From the NCBI GenBank assembly GCA_965153355.1, contig OZ231126.1:992001-1056000 (forward strand): DNA of 64,000 bases, read 5' to 3'. The notes under the pieces are model-generated. The model had not been told where the DNA came from and ran no database searches. It worked only from the letters and a program-made list of their open reading frames with translations. This DNA is from Flaccisagitta enflata (Eukaryota). Made by a program: the position numbers and the translations under genes. Shown here piece after piece: positions 1 to 10,749 of this stretch (positions are counted from its first letter, which is position 1; every line of letters begins with the position of its first letter).

Positions 1-189
1 CTTACCACGACAGTAATTAGTTCTACCATGTTCCCAGCAACTGCTTACTTAAGGGGCTCGGGTACCACTGATCAACTGACCACCTGACCACCTGACCACC
101 TGACCACCTGACCACCTGAGGCTTTTGCGACCATTTTTTCTCCTGCCATGTCTTTTCTTCTTTTCCCTTTTCTTTTTCAATTTCTGTTT

Positions 190-488
190 TTATTTCATTT
201 TCATTTTCATTTTCATTTTCATTTTCATTTTCATTTTCATTTTCATTTCATTTTCATTTTCATTTTCATTTTCATTTCATTTTCATCTTTATTTTATTTT
301 ATTTTTTTCCATTTCATTTTCATTTCATTTCATTTTCATTTCCATTTTCATTTTCATTTTCATCTCTTATTTTCATTTTCATTTTCATTTTCATTTTCAT
401 TTTCATTTTCATTTTCATTTTCATTTTCATTTTCTTTTTCATTTTTCATTTTCATTTTCATTTTCATTTTCATTTTTCATTTTCATTT
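190..488. repeat. (TTTTCA)n microsatellite
   Basis: direct reading. Confidence 0.95.
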
Positions 489-1345
489 TAAGTCGCGTGC
501 TACGTGACTCTATAAGCCACTTTTTGGTCGGTTGGTCCGTCGGTCCATTGATCCGTCGGTCGGTCGGTCGGTCCGTAACAAAACTTTATAAAAGGCGTTT
601 CACACAAAATAAGGACAGTTTAAATGTTTTTGAATGTTTCTACGGCATTTATAAACCTCTACAAGCCACTTTTTGGTTGGTCAGTTGGTCTGTTGGTCTG
701 TCTGTCCGTCACAACGTTGTTTAAAGAGTGTTTCACCCAATTTAAAGACATTTTAAATGTTTTTGAATGTTTTCATGTCATTCATACAGCTCAATAAGCC
801 ACTTTCTGGTCCGTCTGTCTATCCGTTAGGGTGCCTTTTTTTTCCACCAAGGGTTTATTCCTGGGATGCGTGCATCTGTCTGTCCATCCTGTCCATACAT
901 CCATGCGTCCATCTGTCTGTCCATTGGTTTGTCACAAAGTTGATTTTAAGGCTTTTTGTTTTTAGGTTAAAGGTATTTTTAAAGGTTTTAGTCTGTTCAT
1001 CTGTCTGTCTGCGTGACTTTTCTGAAAGTGCCGACGCATGCGACTTAGGTCTAATGACCTGGTTTATTTTCATTTTATTTTTATTTTTAGTCGCGTGCTC
1101 ACGCGTACTCTATAAGCCACTTTTTGGTCCGTCAGTCCGTCCGTCCGTCCGTCGGTCGGTCCATCACAAAGTTGTTTAAAAGGCGTTTAATATGTTTTAA
1201 AGCCATTTTAAAGGTTTTAGGGTATCAATAAGAACCGGTTGGCTAAATCAAAGGTAATCTTTGAAATTCTAGTCGGTCTGCCTGTCTGTTTGTCCGACCT
1301 TTTGTGAAAATGCCGACGCACGCGTCTTAGGTCTAATGACCTTGT
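488..1345 (+). mobile_element. Two tandem DINE-1/HINE-like (non-autonomous Helentron-type) elements, ~488-1064 and ~1087-1345
   Basis: 5' palindrome AGTCGCGTGC..CGYGACT after a T-run, (GTCN)n microsatellite, 3' CGCAYGCGACT inverted copy plus AGGTCTAATGACCT hairpin. Confidence 0.75.
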
Positions 1346-1426
1346 TTTTTCTTTTTCTTTTTCTTTTTCTTTTTCTTTTTCTTTTTCATTTTATTCAACT
1401 TCTTTTTCGGCTTCTTTTTTTCCTTA

Positions 1427-1655
1427 ACAAGTGACGCGGGGTCACAATATCGTTGGGGACGGGTGGGCATGGGTATTTTTTCAACCCCCATCCACACCCA
1501 ACCTCCACCCCCACACACAAACGTACACAAAAATTATAAAAAAATTCTCGTTTTTCCACTTATTTACTCCATCACCACGGACGGACCGACGGACGGACCA
1601 ACGGACCAACGGACGGACAAAGCCTCTTATAGAGTTGCGTGTCCGCAACTAAAAA
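1427..1655 (-). mobile_element. DINE-1/HINE-like element
   Basis: AGTTGCGTGTCCGCAACTAAAAA palindrome and (GGAC)n in reverse orientation. Confidence 0.7.
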
Positions 1656-1809
1656 CTTGACTTCACTGGCTGCAACCCTACTACACTAATCATTGACTAG
1701 ATTCTGAGATTGGATGTTAATTTGGTAATCTTTACTCCTACAGAAGTGGATTTCATAATTTCAACGGATCGTATCGAACAAGTTTTATCATTTCTGGAGT
1801 CTGGTTAAG

Positions 1810-2300
1810 ATCCCATTTTCAATTGATTACCTTTTCTTCCATTTTCAATGAATTATCTTTTCTTCCATTTTCAATGAATTACCTTTTCTTCCATTGTCAG
1901 TCATTTACTGCTCCTCCCACCATCAATTGAATACCTTTTTTCCCATTTTCAATTAATTACCTTATCTTCCGTTTGAAATCATTTCCTTTCCTATTCACCC
2001 ATTTTCATTAAATTACCTTTTCTCCCATTATCATTGATTACCTTTTCTCCCATTTGCGATGGGAGGGCGAAAGTGAGAAGAGTAAGAAGAGAAAGAAGAA
2101 CGCACGGCACCACCACATTATACCTTAATTAAGCACACCACATTATACCTTAATTAAGTACACCACAATATACCTTAATTAGGCACACCACAATATACCT
2201 TAATTAGGCACATCATATTAGACTTTGATGTTTCACACCACATTATACCTTTATTTAGCACATCGCAATTCACCTTAAGCACACCACATTATACCTTTCC
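1810..2300. repeat. ~27-bp tandem repeats derived from the donor (1810-2050) and acceptor (2108-2300) junctions of M1 exon B
   Basis: ATTACCTTTTCTYCCATTTTCAA and CACCACATTATACCTTAATTAAG units match the exon-intron junction sequences. Confidence 0.8.
2042..2123 (-). CDS. nAChR-like subunit M1 exon, variant B (M-YNVVVPCVLLSLLTLLTFALPSQMGEK)
   Basis: 82 nt with the same phases as variant A; ttaag acceptor and gtaatc donor; ends in the canonical GEK linker. M2-M4 exons were not found and presumably lie left of the window. Confidence 0.88.
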
Positions 2301-2740
2301 GAGCGCATCATATCATAACCTCATTAATTTCACCTTATTATACCATGATTTTTCGACATGTCATTTACAGCTGGGCTTAACTAGAGCGCGTAGCAAGGGA
2401 CTTGGCAAAATGATGCCTTACAATAATCAATTAAACCTGCCTTATTGCCAAAGTAAAAATAACTAAAAAATCTTTTGAGGAACACCAAAATGTAAACTTT
2501 ATAAGTGGGTATGTCTTTTTAGCGGGTGCGCTCTAGCAATGCTCCACTGTTCCAACGTTTTTTGATTGACCAAGATGAATTTACTCCCAATGAAATTTCA
2601 ATCTTTTTTACAAACCCTTGAAAGAAACTATTGACAGAAAAGTAGATGATCCCATAGAAGTAGCAACTAGTGAGTAGCAACCGTAATTTTGCTTTAATGA
2701 TTTCTGGCAGAAAGATAGATTCTATCACTACCAAAGGGCA

Positions 2741-3322
2741 CAGGGAGTACCACGCCAAACAGGACCAAAGAAAACAATATATCTCAACTTCTATAAATAA
2801 TAGAATGATTTTATAAAAAGGTTCAGATAGCTCTTGAAAAATGATTTTTGTATCTGCATTTTGTTAAAGGCTCATTAAAAAGATGGAATCCTTCTGTATT
2901 GTTTACAGCAAAGTATGGTTTTTACATTGAGTTTTTGCTTGTTTTGTTGTGTTTTGACAAGCATCCTTTTATCCCACCGTCGTTTCTAAAAAAATGATAC
3001 AATTTTGACAAAGGTTATGAGAGAATCCAGATCTTCAGTGTCCTAGCTAAACTGGCATCCATTTCTGACCATTTTTTGTCATCTATATTTGTATGTGGCA
3101 TAGATTTTCCAAGGAAAATCCTTTTGTTGGGATGGAAATTAGCATTTTATGGCAAAAAAATGGTTTTGCTGAGGATATATGTTAACCATGACTAGCAAAA
3201 GTCTGTATCATTTAAAAATTGTCTCAAATTATCTCTCAGAGACAGTTTTCAGAAATGATTTTGCACTTCTAAAAGCAGAAATATATCGTTTTCTTTTGTC
3301 CTGTTTGATGTGAAACACCCTG
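2741..3322. mobile_element. Tc1/mariner-type MITE
   Basis: imperfect ~45-bp TIRs (CAGGGAGTACCACGCCAAACAGGACCAAAGAAAAC vs reverse complement CAGGGTGTTTCACATCAAACAGGACAAAAGAAAAC); TA on the right flank. Confidence 0.6.
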
Positions 3323-3348
3323 TATTTGAAATGCCTTCCGGGTTGTAC

Positions 3349-3430
3349 CTTATCGCTTGAATCAGATGGTAAAGCAAATGTCAGGAGGGTCAGCTTTGAT
3401 AACATGATACACGGAATGATTACATTATAC
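3349..3430 (-). CDS. nAChR-like subunit M1 exon, variant A (M-YNVIIPCIMLSKLTLLTFALPSDSSDK)
   Basis: 82 nt; cccccctcacggtag acceptor and gtacaa donor; NxIIPC...F.LP motif of M1. Confidence 0.85.
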
Positions 3431-3605
3431 CTACCGTGAGGGGGGGGAGTTGAACAATAGAAAATGTAAGGATCAATGGAAGTTCAAACCAAATTTTGTA
3501 GCATGATCACTAAGCAATACCGTAACTATACATAATTTCTTAAGTCATACATGTAATAAACTCCGAAGCTTATTCTTATGACATAACTAAAAAGCAAATA
3601 CTCAC

Positions 3606-3685
3606 ATGTAGTAAAGTGAAAGTCTTTTAATCCTAACCGTGTATAACAATTCTGGAAAAGGCTCAGGCCAAGTGTCAAAAAAGAC
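3606..3685 (-). CDS. nAChR-like subunit loop C/pre-M1 exon (VFFDTWPEPFPELLYTVRIKRLSLYY), no vicinal Cys so non-alpha
   Basis: ctttccag/gtgagt boundaries; phases fit; xPEPxP...I.R..LYY motif. Confidence 0.92.
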
Positions 3686-3756
3686 CTGGAAAGGGTAAAG
3701 AAACGTGGATTTCTCTGAAAATTATTTATCTGATTTGAATCAAGTGTGCGAGCTTG

Positions 3757-3795
<39 letters not shown>

Positions 3796-3816
3796 CATGA
3801 TCTGAATATTACATAC

Positions 3817-3943
3817 CGTTCTGTTGATCATGGTAAATGTCAGCAGTTTCCATTCCGAATTTGCGACCAGAACTGAAGTATCAACTGGATGATCAGAAAC
3901 TCTCAAATCGACCACCAATCCATTGTAACTCCAAGATCCTAAT
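3817..3943 (-). CDS. nAChR-like subunit exon (R-LGSWSYNGLVVDLRVSDHPVDTSVLVANSEWKLLTFTMINRT, loop B)
   Basis: cattcag/gtatgt boundaries; GSWxYxG..VDL and NSEW motifs. Confidence 0.95.
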
Positions 3944-3945
3944 CT

Positions 3946-4065
3946 GAATGATGAGTAATGAATGATGAATGATGAGTTATGAACGATAAATGATGAATGA
4001 TAAATGATGAATAATAAATCAGGAAAGAGGAAGGATACCTGATGAACGATACATGATGAATGATT

Positions 4066-4110
<45 letters not shown>

Positions 4111-4285
4111 AATGAATGAGAAAGAGGAAGGATGAATGATGAATAATAGATGATAAATGATGAATGAGGAATGATGAATGATGAATGATGAATGAGGAAA
4201 GAGGAAGGAAAAATGATGAACGATGAATGATAAATCATGAATGATGAATGATGAATGAGTAATTATGTATGAGGAAAGATGAAGG

Positions 4286-4316
<31 letters not shown>

Positions 4317-4392
4317 GAGAATGAATGATGAATGATGAATGATGAATGAAGCAAGAGAAAGTATAGATGATGAATGATGAATAATGAATGAT
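3946..4392. repeat. (GAATGAT)n degenerate microsatellite
   Basis: direct reading. Confidence 0.9.
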
Positions 4393-4456
4393 TCCCCACG
4401 ATTCTAATCTAGATAATCAATTTGTCTGTCAGTCTGTCAGTCTTCCAATCTCTTAC

Positions 4457-4545
4457 CTAATGTGGCATTTCTGTCTATCAAATGGAAAGAAGCTGATGTC
4501 GATGTCGCAACGAGTTTGCAGTCTCACAGGAACTGGCCAGTGTAC
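4457..4545 (-). CDS. nAChR-like subunit Cys-loop exon (VHWPVPVRLQTRCDIDISFFPFDRQKCHI)
   Basis: tttttcgcag/gtaaga boundaries; C-x13-C containing FPFD, the Cys-loop signature. Confidence 0.96.
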
Positions 4546-4564
4546 CTGCGAAAAAAAGAAAATC

Positions 4565-5040
4565 TAAAAAAACAAAACCAAAAACCAAAAACCAAAAACC
4601 AAAAACCAAAAACCAAAAACCAAAAACCAAAAACTAAAAACCAAAAACCAAAAACCAAAAAAATAAAACAAAAACAAAAAAACAAAAAACAAAAGACAAA
4701 AACAAAAAAAAACAAAAAAAAAACAAAAACAAAAACAAATCAAAAACAAAACCAAAACAAAACAAAAATGAAAACAAAAAACAAAAAACAAAAAAACAAA
4801 AAACAAAACAAAAACAAAAACAAAAGAACAAAAACAGAAACAAAACAAAAACAAAAAACAAAAAAACAACAAAAACAAAAACAAAAACAAAAACAAAAAA
4901 CAAAAACAAAAAAAAAAAAAACAAAAAAAAACAAAAACAAGAAACATAAAACAAGAAACAAAAACAAAAAAAAAAAAAAAAAAAAAAACAAAAACAAAAA
5001 ACAAAAAACAAAACAAAAAACAAAAAACAAAAACAAAACA
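4565..5040. repeat. (CAAAAA)n-type A-rich microsatellite
   Basis: direct reading. Confidence 0.9.
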
Positions 5041-6612
5041 ACAAGGCCAACAATTCAGTTATGGGACAAAAATAACTGAACTGACCTGACTCCTTATTGT
5101 ATCTTTTTATCGAAAACCAGACTTAAACGCAACCCAAAACATACCCAAACCAGACTCAAACGAGACTCAAACCAGACTCAAACAAGACTCAAACGAGACT
5201 CAAACCAGAATTAAACCAGACCGAAAACAGACCTAAATCAGACATAAACCAGACATAAACCAGACATAAACCAGATTTAAGCCAGACTCAAACCAGACTC
5301 AAACCAGACTCAATCCAGACTCAAACCAGACTCAAACCAGACTCAAACCAGACTCAAACCAGACTCAAACCAGACTCAAACTAGACTCAAACCAGACCTA
5401 AACCAGACTTAAACCAGGCTCAAACCAGGCTCAAACCAGGCTCAAACCAGGCTCAAACCAGGCTCAAACCAGAAACAAACCAGACTCAAACCAGACTCAA
5501 AGGAGACTCAAACCAGAATGAAACCAAACCAAAACCAGACCAAAACCAGACCAAAACCAGACCAAAACGAGACCTAAATCAGACCTAAATCAAACATAAA
5601 CCAGACAAAAACCAGACATACACCAGACCTAAACCAGACATAAATCAGACATGAACCAGTCTTAAACCAGACTTAAACCAGACTTAACCAGACTTAAACC
5701 ATGCTTAAACCAGACTTAAACCAGACTTAAACCAGACTTAAACCAGACTTAAACCATACTTATCTTTAATATCATTTCAACCAGCAGACTTTAACCAGCA
5801 GACTTAAACCATTAGACCAGCGGACTTAAACCATTAGGTTTAAACCAGCAGACTTAAACCAGCAGACTTAAACCAGCAGATTTAAACCAGCAGACTTTAA
5901 CCAGCAGACTTAACCCATTAGATTTAAACCAGCAGACTTAAACCAGCAGATTTAAACCAGCAGATTTAAACCAGCAGACTTTAACCATCAGACTTTACCC
6001 AGCAGACTTTAACCAGCAGACTTTATGACCAAAGATGACCATAGATGACCAAAAATGACCAAAATGACCAAAAACGACCGAAAACGTCCAAAAATGACCA
6101 AAAATGACCAAAATGACCAAAAATGATCCAAAATGACCAAAATGACAAAAATGATCAAAATGATCAAAATGACCAAAAATCACCCAAAATGACCAAAAAT
6201 GACCAAAAATGACCTAAAATGACCTAAAATGACCTAAAATGACCAAAAATGACCAAAAATGACCAAAATGACCAAAATGACCAAAATGACCAAAAATGAC
6301 CAAAAATGACCAAAAATGACCAAAAATGACCAAAAATGACCAAAAATGACCAAAAATGACCAAAAATGACCAAAAATAATCAAAAATGATCAAAAATGAC
6401 CAAAATGACCAAAATGACCAAAATGACCAAAACTAACAAAAAATAACCAAAAATGACTAAAAGCAACCAATAATTCCCAAAAACAACAAAAAAATGACTC
6501 AAAATAACTCCAGACGACCCAAAAAGACGAAAAAAAGCAAAGTGTTACGGATGGACCGACGGACCGACGGACCGACGGAGCGGGTTGTAGAGTCGCGTGC
6601 ACGCGACTAAAA
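5041..6612 (-). mobile_element. DINE-1/HINE-like element carrying (AAACCAGACT)n and (AAAATGACC)n satellite arrays
   Basis: AGTCGCGTGCACGCGACTAAAAAA terminus at ~6591-6612, ACAAGGCC end at 5041, satellites inside. Confidence 0.65.
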
Positions 6613-6755
6613 AACAAAAAACAAAAAACAAAAAACAAAAAACAAAAACAAAAGCCAATAGCCAAAAGCCAATAGCCAAAAGCCAAAAACCAACAACAAG
6701 CAAGATCACCTCGCCGTCTGAATCAATGATGACGTTACCACCTTCTTACCCGGTT

Positions 6756-6783
6756 ACAACAACAACAACAACAACAACAACAA

Positions 6784-6866
<83 letters not shown>

Positions 6867-6945
6867 ACAACAACAACAACAACTACAAGTCTACAACTAC
6901 AACAACAATAACAACAACAACAACAACAACAATAACTACAAGTCG

Positions 6946-7035
<90 letters not shown>

Positions 7036-7143
7036 CACCACAACAACACACCACAACAACACACCACAACAACACACCACAACAACACACCACAACAACA
7101 CACCACAACAACACACCACAACAACAACAACAACAACAACAAC

Positions 7144-7230
<87 letters not shown>

Positions 7231-7267
7231 GCAACAACAAAAACAACAACAACAACAACAACAACAC

Positions 7268-7339
<72 letters not shown>

Positions 7340-7340
7340 T
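6756..7340. repeat. (CAA)n microsatellite
   Basis: direct reading. Confidence 0.95.
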
Positions 7341-7345
7341 GTCAC

Positions 7346-7418
7346 CTCGCCATCTGAATCGATGATGACGTTACCACCTTCGTATCCGGTTATGAGGCCA
7401 GAGACGCTGTCATCAGCG
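7346..7418 (-). CDS. nAChR-like subunit exon (N-ADDSVSGLITGYEGGNVIIDSDGE)
   Basis: ttttgtcag acceptor and gtgaca donor; phases fit both neighbours; NAD...V..DG motif. Confidence 0.85.
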
Positions 7419-7892
7419 CTGACAAAAATAAAAAGACAAAGGAATGATCACAAGCAATGACAGCATAAAAGATTCGTTACACTGTAGTAGAATGACTGCT
7501 AGTCCCCAGCCAAAAGCAAAGGAGATGTACAATACATTTGTTACTCCATTTTTAGTCGCGGACACGCGACTTTAAACCCCGCTTTGTCCATCCGTCCGTC
7601 CGTCCATCCGTCTGTCCGTTGGTCTGTCGGTCCATCACACTTTTACTTTTTTTTATCAATTTTATTTCTTTAAGTTATCTAAAGTCATTTAAGGGTATAC
7701 TGAGTAACTATACTGAAAACTATTTTGAATTCTGAATTGAATAAAAAATCAACATGTTTCACATGAATGCATCCGTCATTGTAAATGGACTTTACTTACT
7801 TGTTGTATATGAATATATCTGGAAGCCAAATGAGTGAAGATGGAACATGAATTTTGTAAATGATCAGTGTTTATTACAGATGATCTACTTAC

Positions 7893-7999
7893 TTGTTGTA
7901 TATGAATATATCTGGAAGCCAAATGAGTGAAGATGGAACATAAATTTCGTTGACACGATATTCAGTCTTGTTCCATTTAAGACGTTCATCTGACCAATA
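7893..7999 (-). CDS. nAChR-like subunit exon (YWSDERLKWNKTEYRVNEIYVPSSLIWLPDIFIYN, loop A)
   Basis: cttatag/gtaagt boundaries; WxDxxLxW...IWxPDIxxYN motif. Confidence 0.95.
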
Positions 8000-8058
8000 C
8001 TATAAGGAAAAAAAAAAAACTACTTTACTAAAGTTTGACTAGTTTAACAGCTAAACAG

Positions 8059-8365
8059 TAGGGTGGTCCCGAATTGGGTCAAATTTCATATATTGATATA
8101 CTTGAGCCCTTAGCTCAAATGTTCAATAAAAGAAGGATTTCTCACAAGCTGGGGTGTGAAATCAAACAAGAGACATTGTCGGCAAAACCATAGGCTTGCT
8201 ATAGGGATATTTTCATTGCCCTAGGAAGCCTATTGTTTTGCCGCCATGGTTTAATCTTCAAATTCAGACCTCTATTTGTGGGAAAACCTTCTTATTTGAT
8301 ACATTTGTGCAAAAATCTAGAGTATATCATTTTTTGAAATTTGACCCTATTTCGTGACCACTCTA
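8059..8365. mobile_element. hAT-type MITE
   Basis: TAGGGTGGTC/GACCACTCTA TIRs; 8-bp TSD CTAAACAG; second copy at 54101-54409. Confidence 0.88.
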
Positions 8366-8607
8366 CTAAACAGTGGTTTACAAGAATCCTGACCAAAGCT
8401 ATCAAAAAGACACGTGATGAGAACTTGTTGATTTTTCCACTGGCTTCCTCAAGCAATGTCTTTTTAGTAGCGGACAGCGACTCCTATCATTGCTGGGTCG
8501 GTAGGTCCGTCCGTCCATCGGTCCGTCACGTTTTCAAGTTGTTTTCCACCCTTGTCCCTCTTTCGGTGACTGGGGGCAGCGTATGTGGCCTTGTTTGTTG
8601 GACTTAC

Positions 8608-8652
8608 CATATCAATCCATACATTTGTTGTCATAAACTGATTCCGTTCATT
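8608..8652 (-). CDS. nAChR-like subunit 45-nt exon (NERNQFMTTNVWIDM, loop D)
   Basis: aaacag/gtaagt boundaries; matches the DEKNQ..TTNVW motif and the conserved 45-nt nAChR exon size. Confidence 0.93.
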
Positions 8653-8729
8653 CTGTTTAGAAAAAGGAAATGAAAAAAGAAAAATTCTGACTGCGAATGC
8701 AAAGAAATCATCCTGCCGTTACTTGACAC

Positions 8730-9474
8730 AACTGGATGGACCTGGCCTGACATAAGTCTAACTTACCAACGAAACGATCTGAGTGGGTACGAGGCTAGAT
8801 TTAACTTTAACTGTATCCGCCGGATGTATAACTGGCCTGACGGACCTGGCCTGACGTTAGTGTAAATTACCAACAAAACGATCTGAGTGAGTACGAGGCC
8901 AAAATTAACTTTTACTGTATCCGCCGGATGTATAACTGGCCCGACGGACCTGGCCTGATGTTAGTGTAAATTACCAACAAAACGATCTGAGTGAGTACGA
9001 GGCCAAATTTAACTTTAACTGTATCCGCCGGATCGATAACTGGACAGACGGACCTTGCCTGACATTAGTGTAACTTACCAACAAAATGATCTGAGTGAGT
9101 ATGAGGCCAAATTCAACTTTAACTGTATCCGCTGGATCAATAACTGGACGGACGGACCTGGCCTGACGTTAGTGTAAATTACCAACAAAACGATCTGAGT
9201 GAGTACGAGGCCAAATTTAACTTTAACTGTATCCGCCGGATCGATAACTGGATGGAAGGACCTTGCCTGACATTAGTGTAACTTAGCAACAAAACGATCT
9301 GAGTGAGTACGAGGCCAAATTTAACTTTAACTGTATCCACCGGATCAATAACTGGAGAGACGGACCTTGCCTGACATTAGTGTAACTTACCAACGAAACG
9401 ATCTGAGTGAGTACGAGGCCAAATTTGACTTTGACTGTATCCGCCGGATCGATAACTGGACGGACGGACCGCAT
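8730..9474. repeat. 104-bp tandem array (7 units) made of the 3' part of an nAChR exon plus its donor site
   Basis: donor positions at 8766, 8870, 8974, 9078, 9182, 9286 (mutated) and 9390, spaced exactly 104 bp apart. Confidence 0.92.
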
Positions 9475-9524
9475 GTAATTGTTGAAAAGTCGCCGTTGAA
9501 GTTTGTATTCTGGTCCTTTGCCTC
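9391..9524 (-). CDS. nAChR-like subunit exon (GKGPEYKLQRRLFNNYMRSVRPVIDPADTVKVKFGLVLTQIVSL)
   Basis: ttgcag/gtaagt boundaries; LFxxYxxxxRPV...VxFGLxLxQI is the N-terminal motif of nAChR ligand-binding domains. Confidence 0.93.
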
Positions 9525-9681
9525 CTGCAATGGATGATTATTGGTATAATTGTCCTAATTGGTCTAATGGTCCCATCCGCATCATGCCACGATGCTCAGG
9601 AGCCGAGTTATATAGGTTTCCTATGTTGCATTCCAAAAAAAAAAATCATACTGTAAATCCTTTTCCCACTGACATAATTAC

Positions 9682-9748
9682 CGTTGATTTCCGAAACGAG
9701 TAGAAAAGCAGAAAAGAATGTCATCCAAAATAGTCGACTTCCAACAGC
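9682..9748 (-). CDS. Cys-loop (nAChR-like) subunit, signal-peptide exon (AVGSRLFWMTFFSAFLLVSEIN-G)
   Basis: ttttcag acceptor and gtaatt donor; hydrophobic stretch. 67 nt ending in phase 1, which joins the next exon in frame. The start codon may be the internal ATG or lie further upstream. Confidence 0.7.
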
Positions 9749-10022
9749 CTGAAAACCTCCACAAACATCGCCTACGAGTAAACTTTTCATTCTGAAATGG
9801 TAAGAAATGATGAAAATGAAAGATAGATTGTGTAGAAGCAATTATATGATAAGAACCAAGATTAACCTCCACAAACATTGCCTACGAATAAACTATTCAT
9901 TCTGAAATGGTAAGAAAAAATTAAAAAATAGACTTAGTAGAATCAATCATGAGATAGGCTTTACTTTCTTTGGCTGGTTTTAAAAAGTTAAGCGTGCCTA
10001 ACAGACCGATCGAACGATTGAA

Positions 10023-10405
10023 GGGACTCTTAAGGGAACTGAGATAAAAAAATAAGATGATATTGGCGGTGCTGTGACAAAGATAGCATCAATGCAGCAG
10101 GAATTAGTTCTTGATAATCACAATGGAGTACAGACGGACGGACGGACGGAGACTGACGAACAGACGGACGGACGGACGGACGGACGACGGACGGACGGCC
10201 GGACGGACCGACGAACGACGGACGGGACTCTTACGGGAACTGAGATAAAAAAATAAGATGATATTGGCGGTGCTGTGACAAAGATAGCATCAATGCAGCA
10301 GGAATTAGTTCTTGATAATCACAATGGAGTACAGACGGACGGACGGACGGACGGACGGACACATTCCCCTTTCGTCCCCTTCGCGACCGCTGCGCGCTGT
10401 CCAGA
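10023..10405 (-). mobile_element. HINE-like element with an internal ~200-bp direct duplication
   Basis: GGGACTCTTA...GGAGTACAGACGGAC occurs twice; (GGAC)n tracts; GTCCCCTTCGCGACCGCTGC end resembles the second HINE family. Confidence 0.55.
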
Positions 10406-10717
10406 AAGATATTCATCGGGGTTCCGAGCAAGTTGAAGAGTTTTTCCGAAACAACCATTTCTTTTTATCATTTTTAGATGATGCGATTGACTTTGTCGGC
10501 TTTTAATCTACAATTTCTTTCGAGTTATCCATGGCATAGCAGTATTATTGAGATGATCACAATATAAAAGCCGCTAGATTGTTTCAATTTGTTGCTCAGT
10601 AATGATTTATGCAAATAATGGTTTAAATCATGATAAAACGGAAAATTGTGTTTGAAAGAGGTCAAAAATAATTTCAAAAGTAAACGGAAGTAAGCTCTGC
10701 TTCTTCTTCTTCTTCTT

Positions 10718-10749
<32 letters not shown>

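Noticed and set aside
125-724. Long low-complexity ORFs (poly-F/H, poly-K, poly-L/V/C, poly-ER) here and at 4462-5079, 6746-7345, 14339-14800, 17189-18001, 31680-32997, 33887-34282 and 51361-53004
   Set aside because: They are translations of microsatellites that lack stop codons, with no domain content.
8730-9474. CRISPR-like regularly spaced repeats
   Set aside because: Whole 104-bp units repeat with no unique spacers, the unit derives from a eukaryotic exon, and there are no cas genes.
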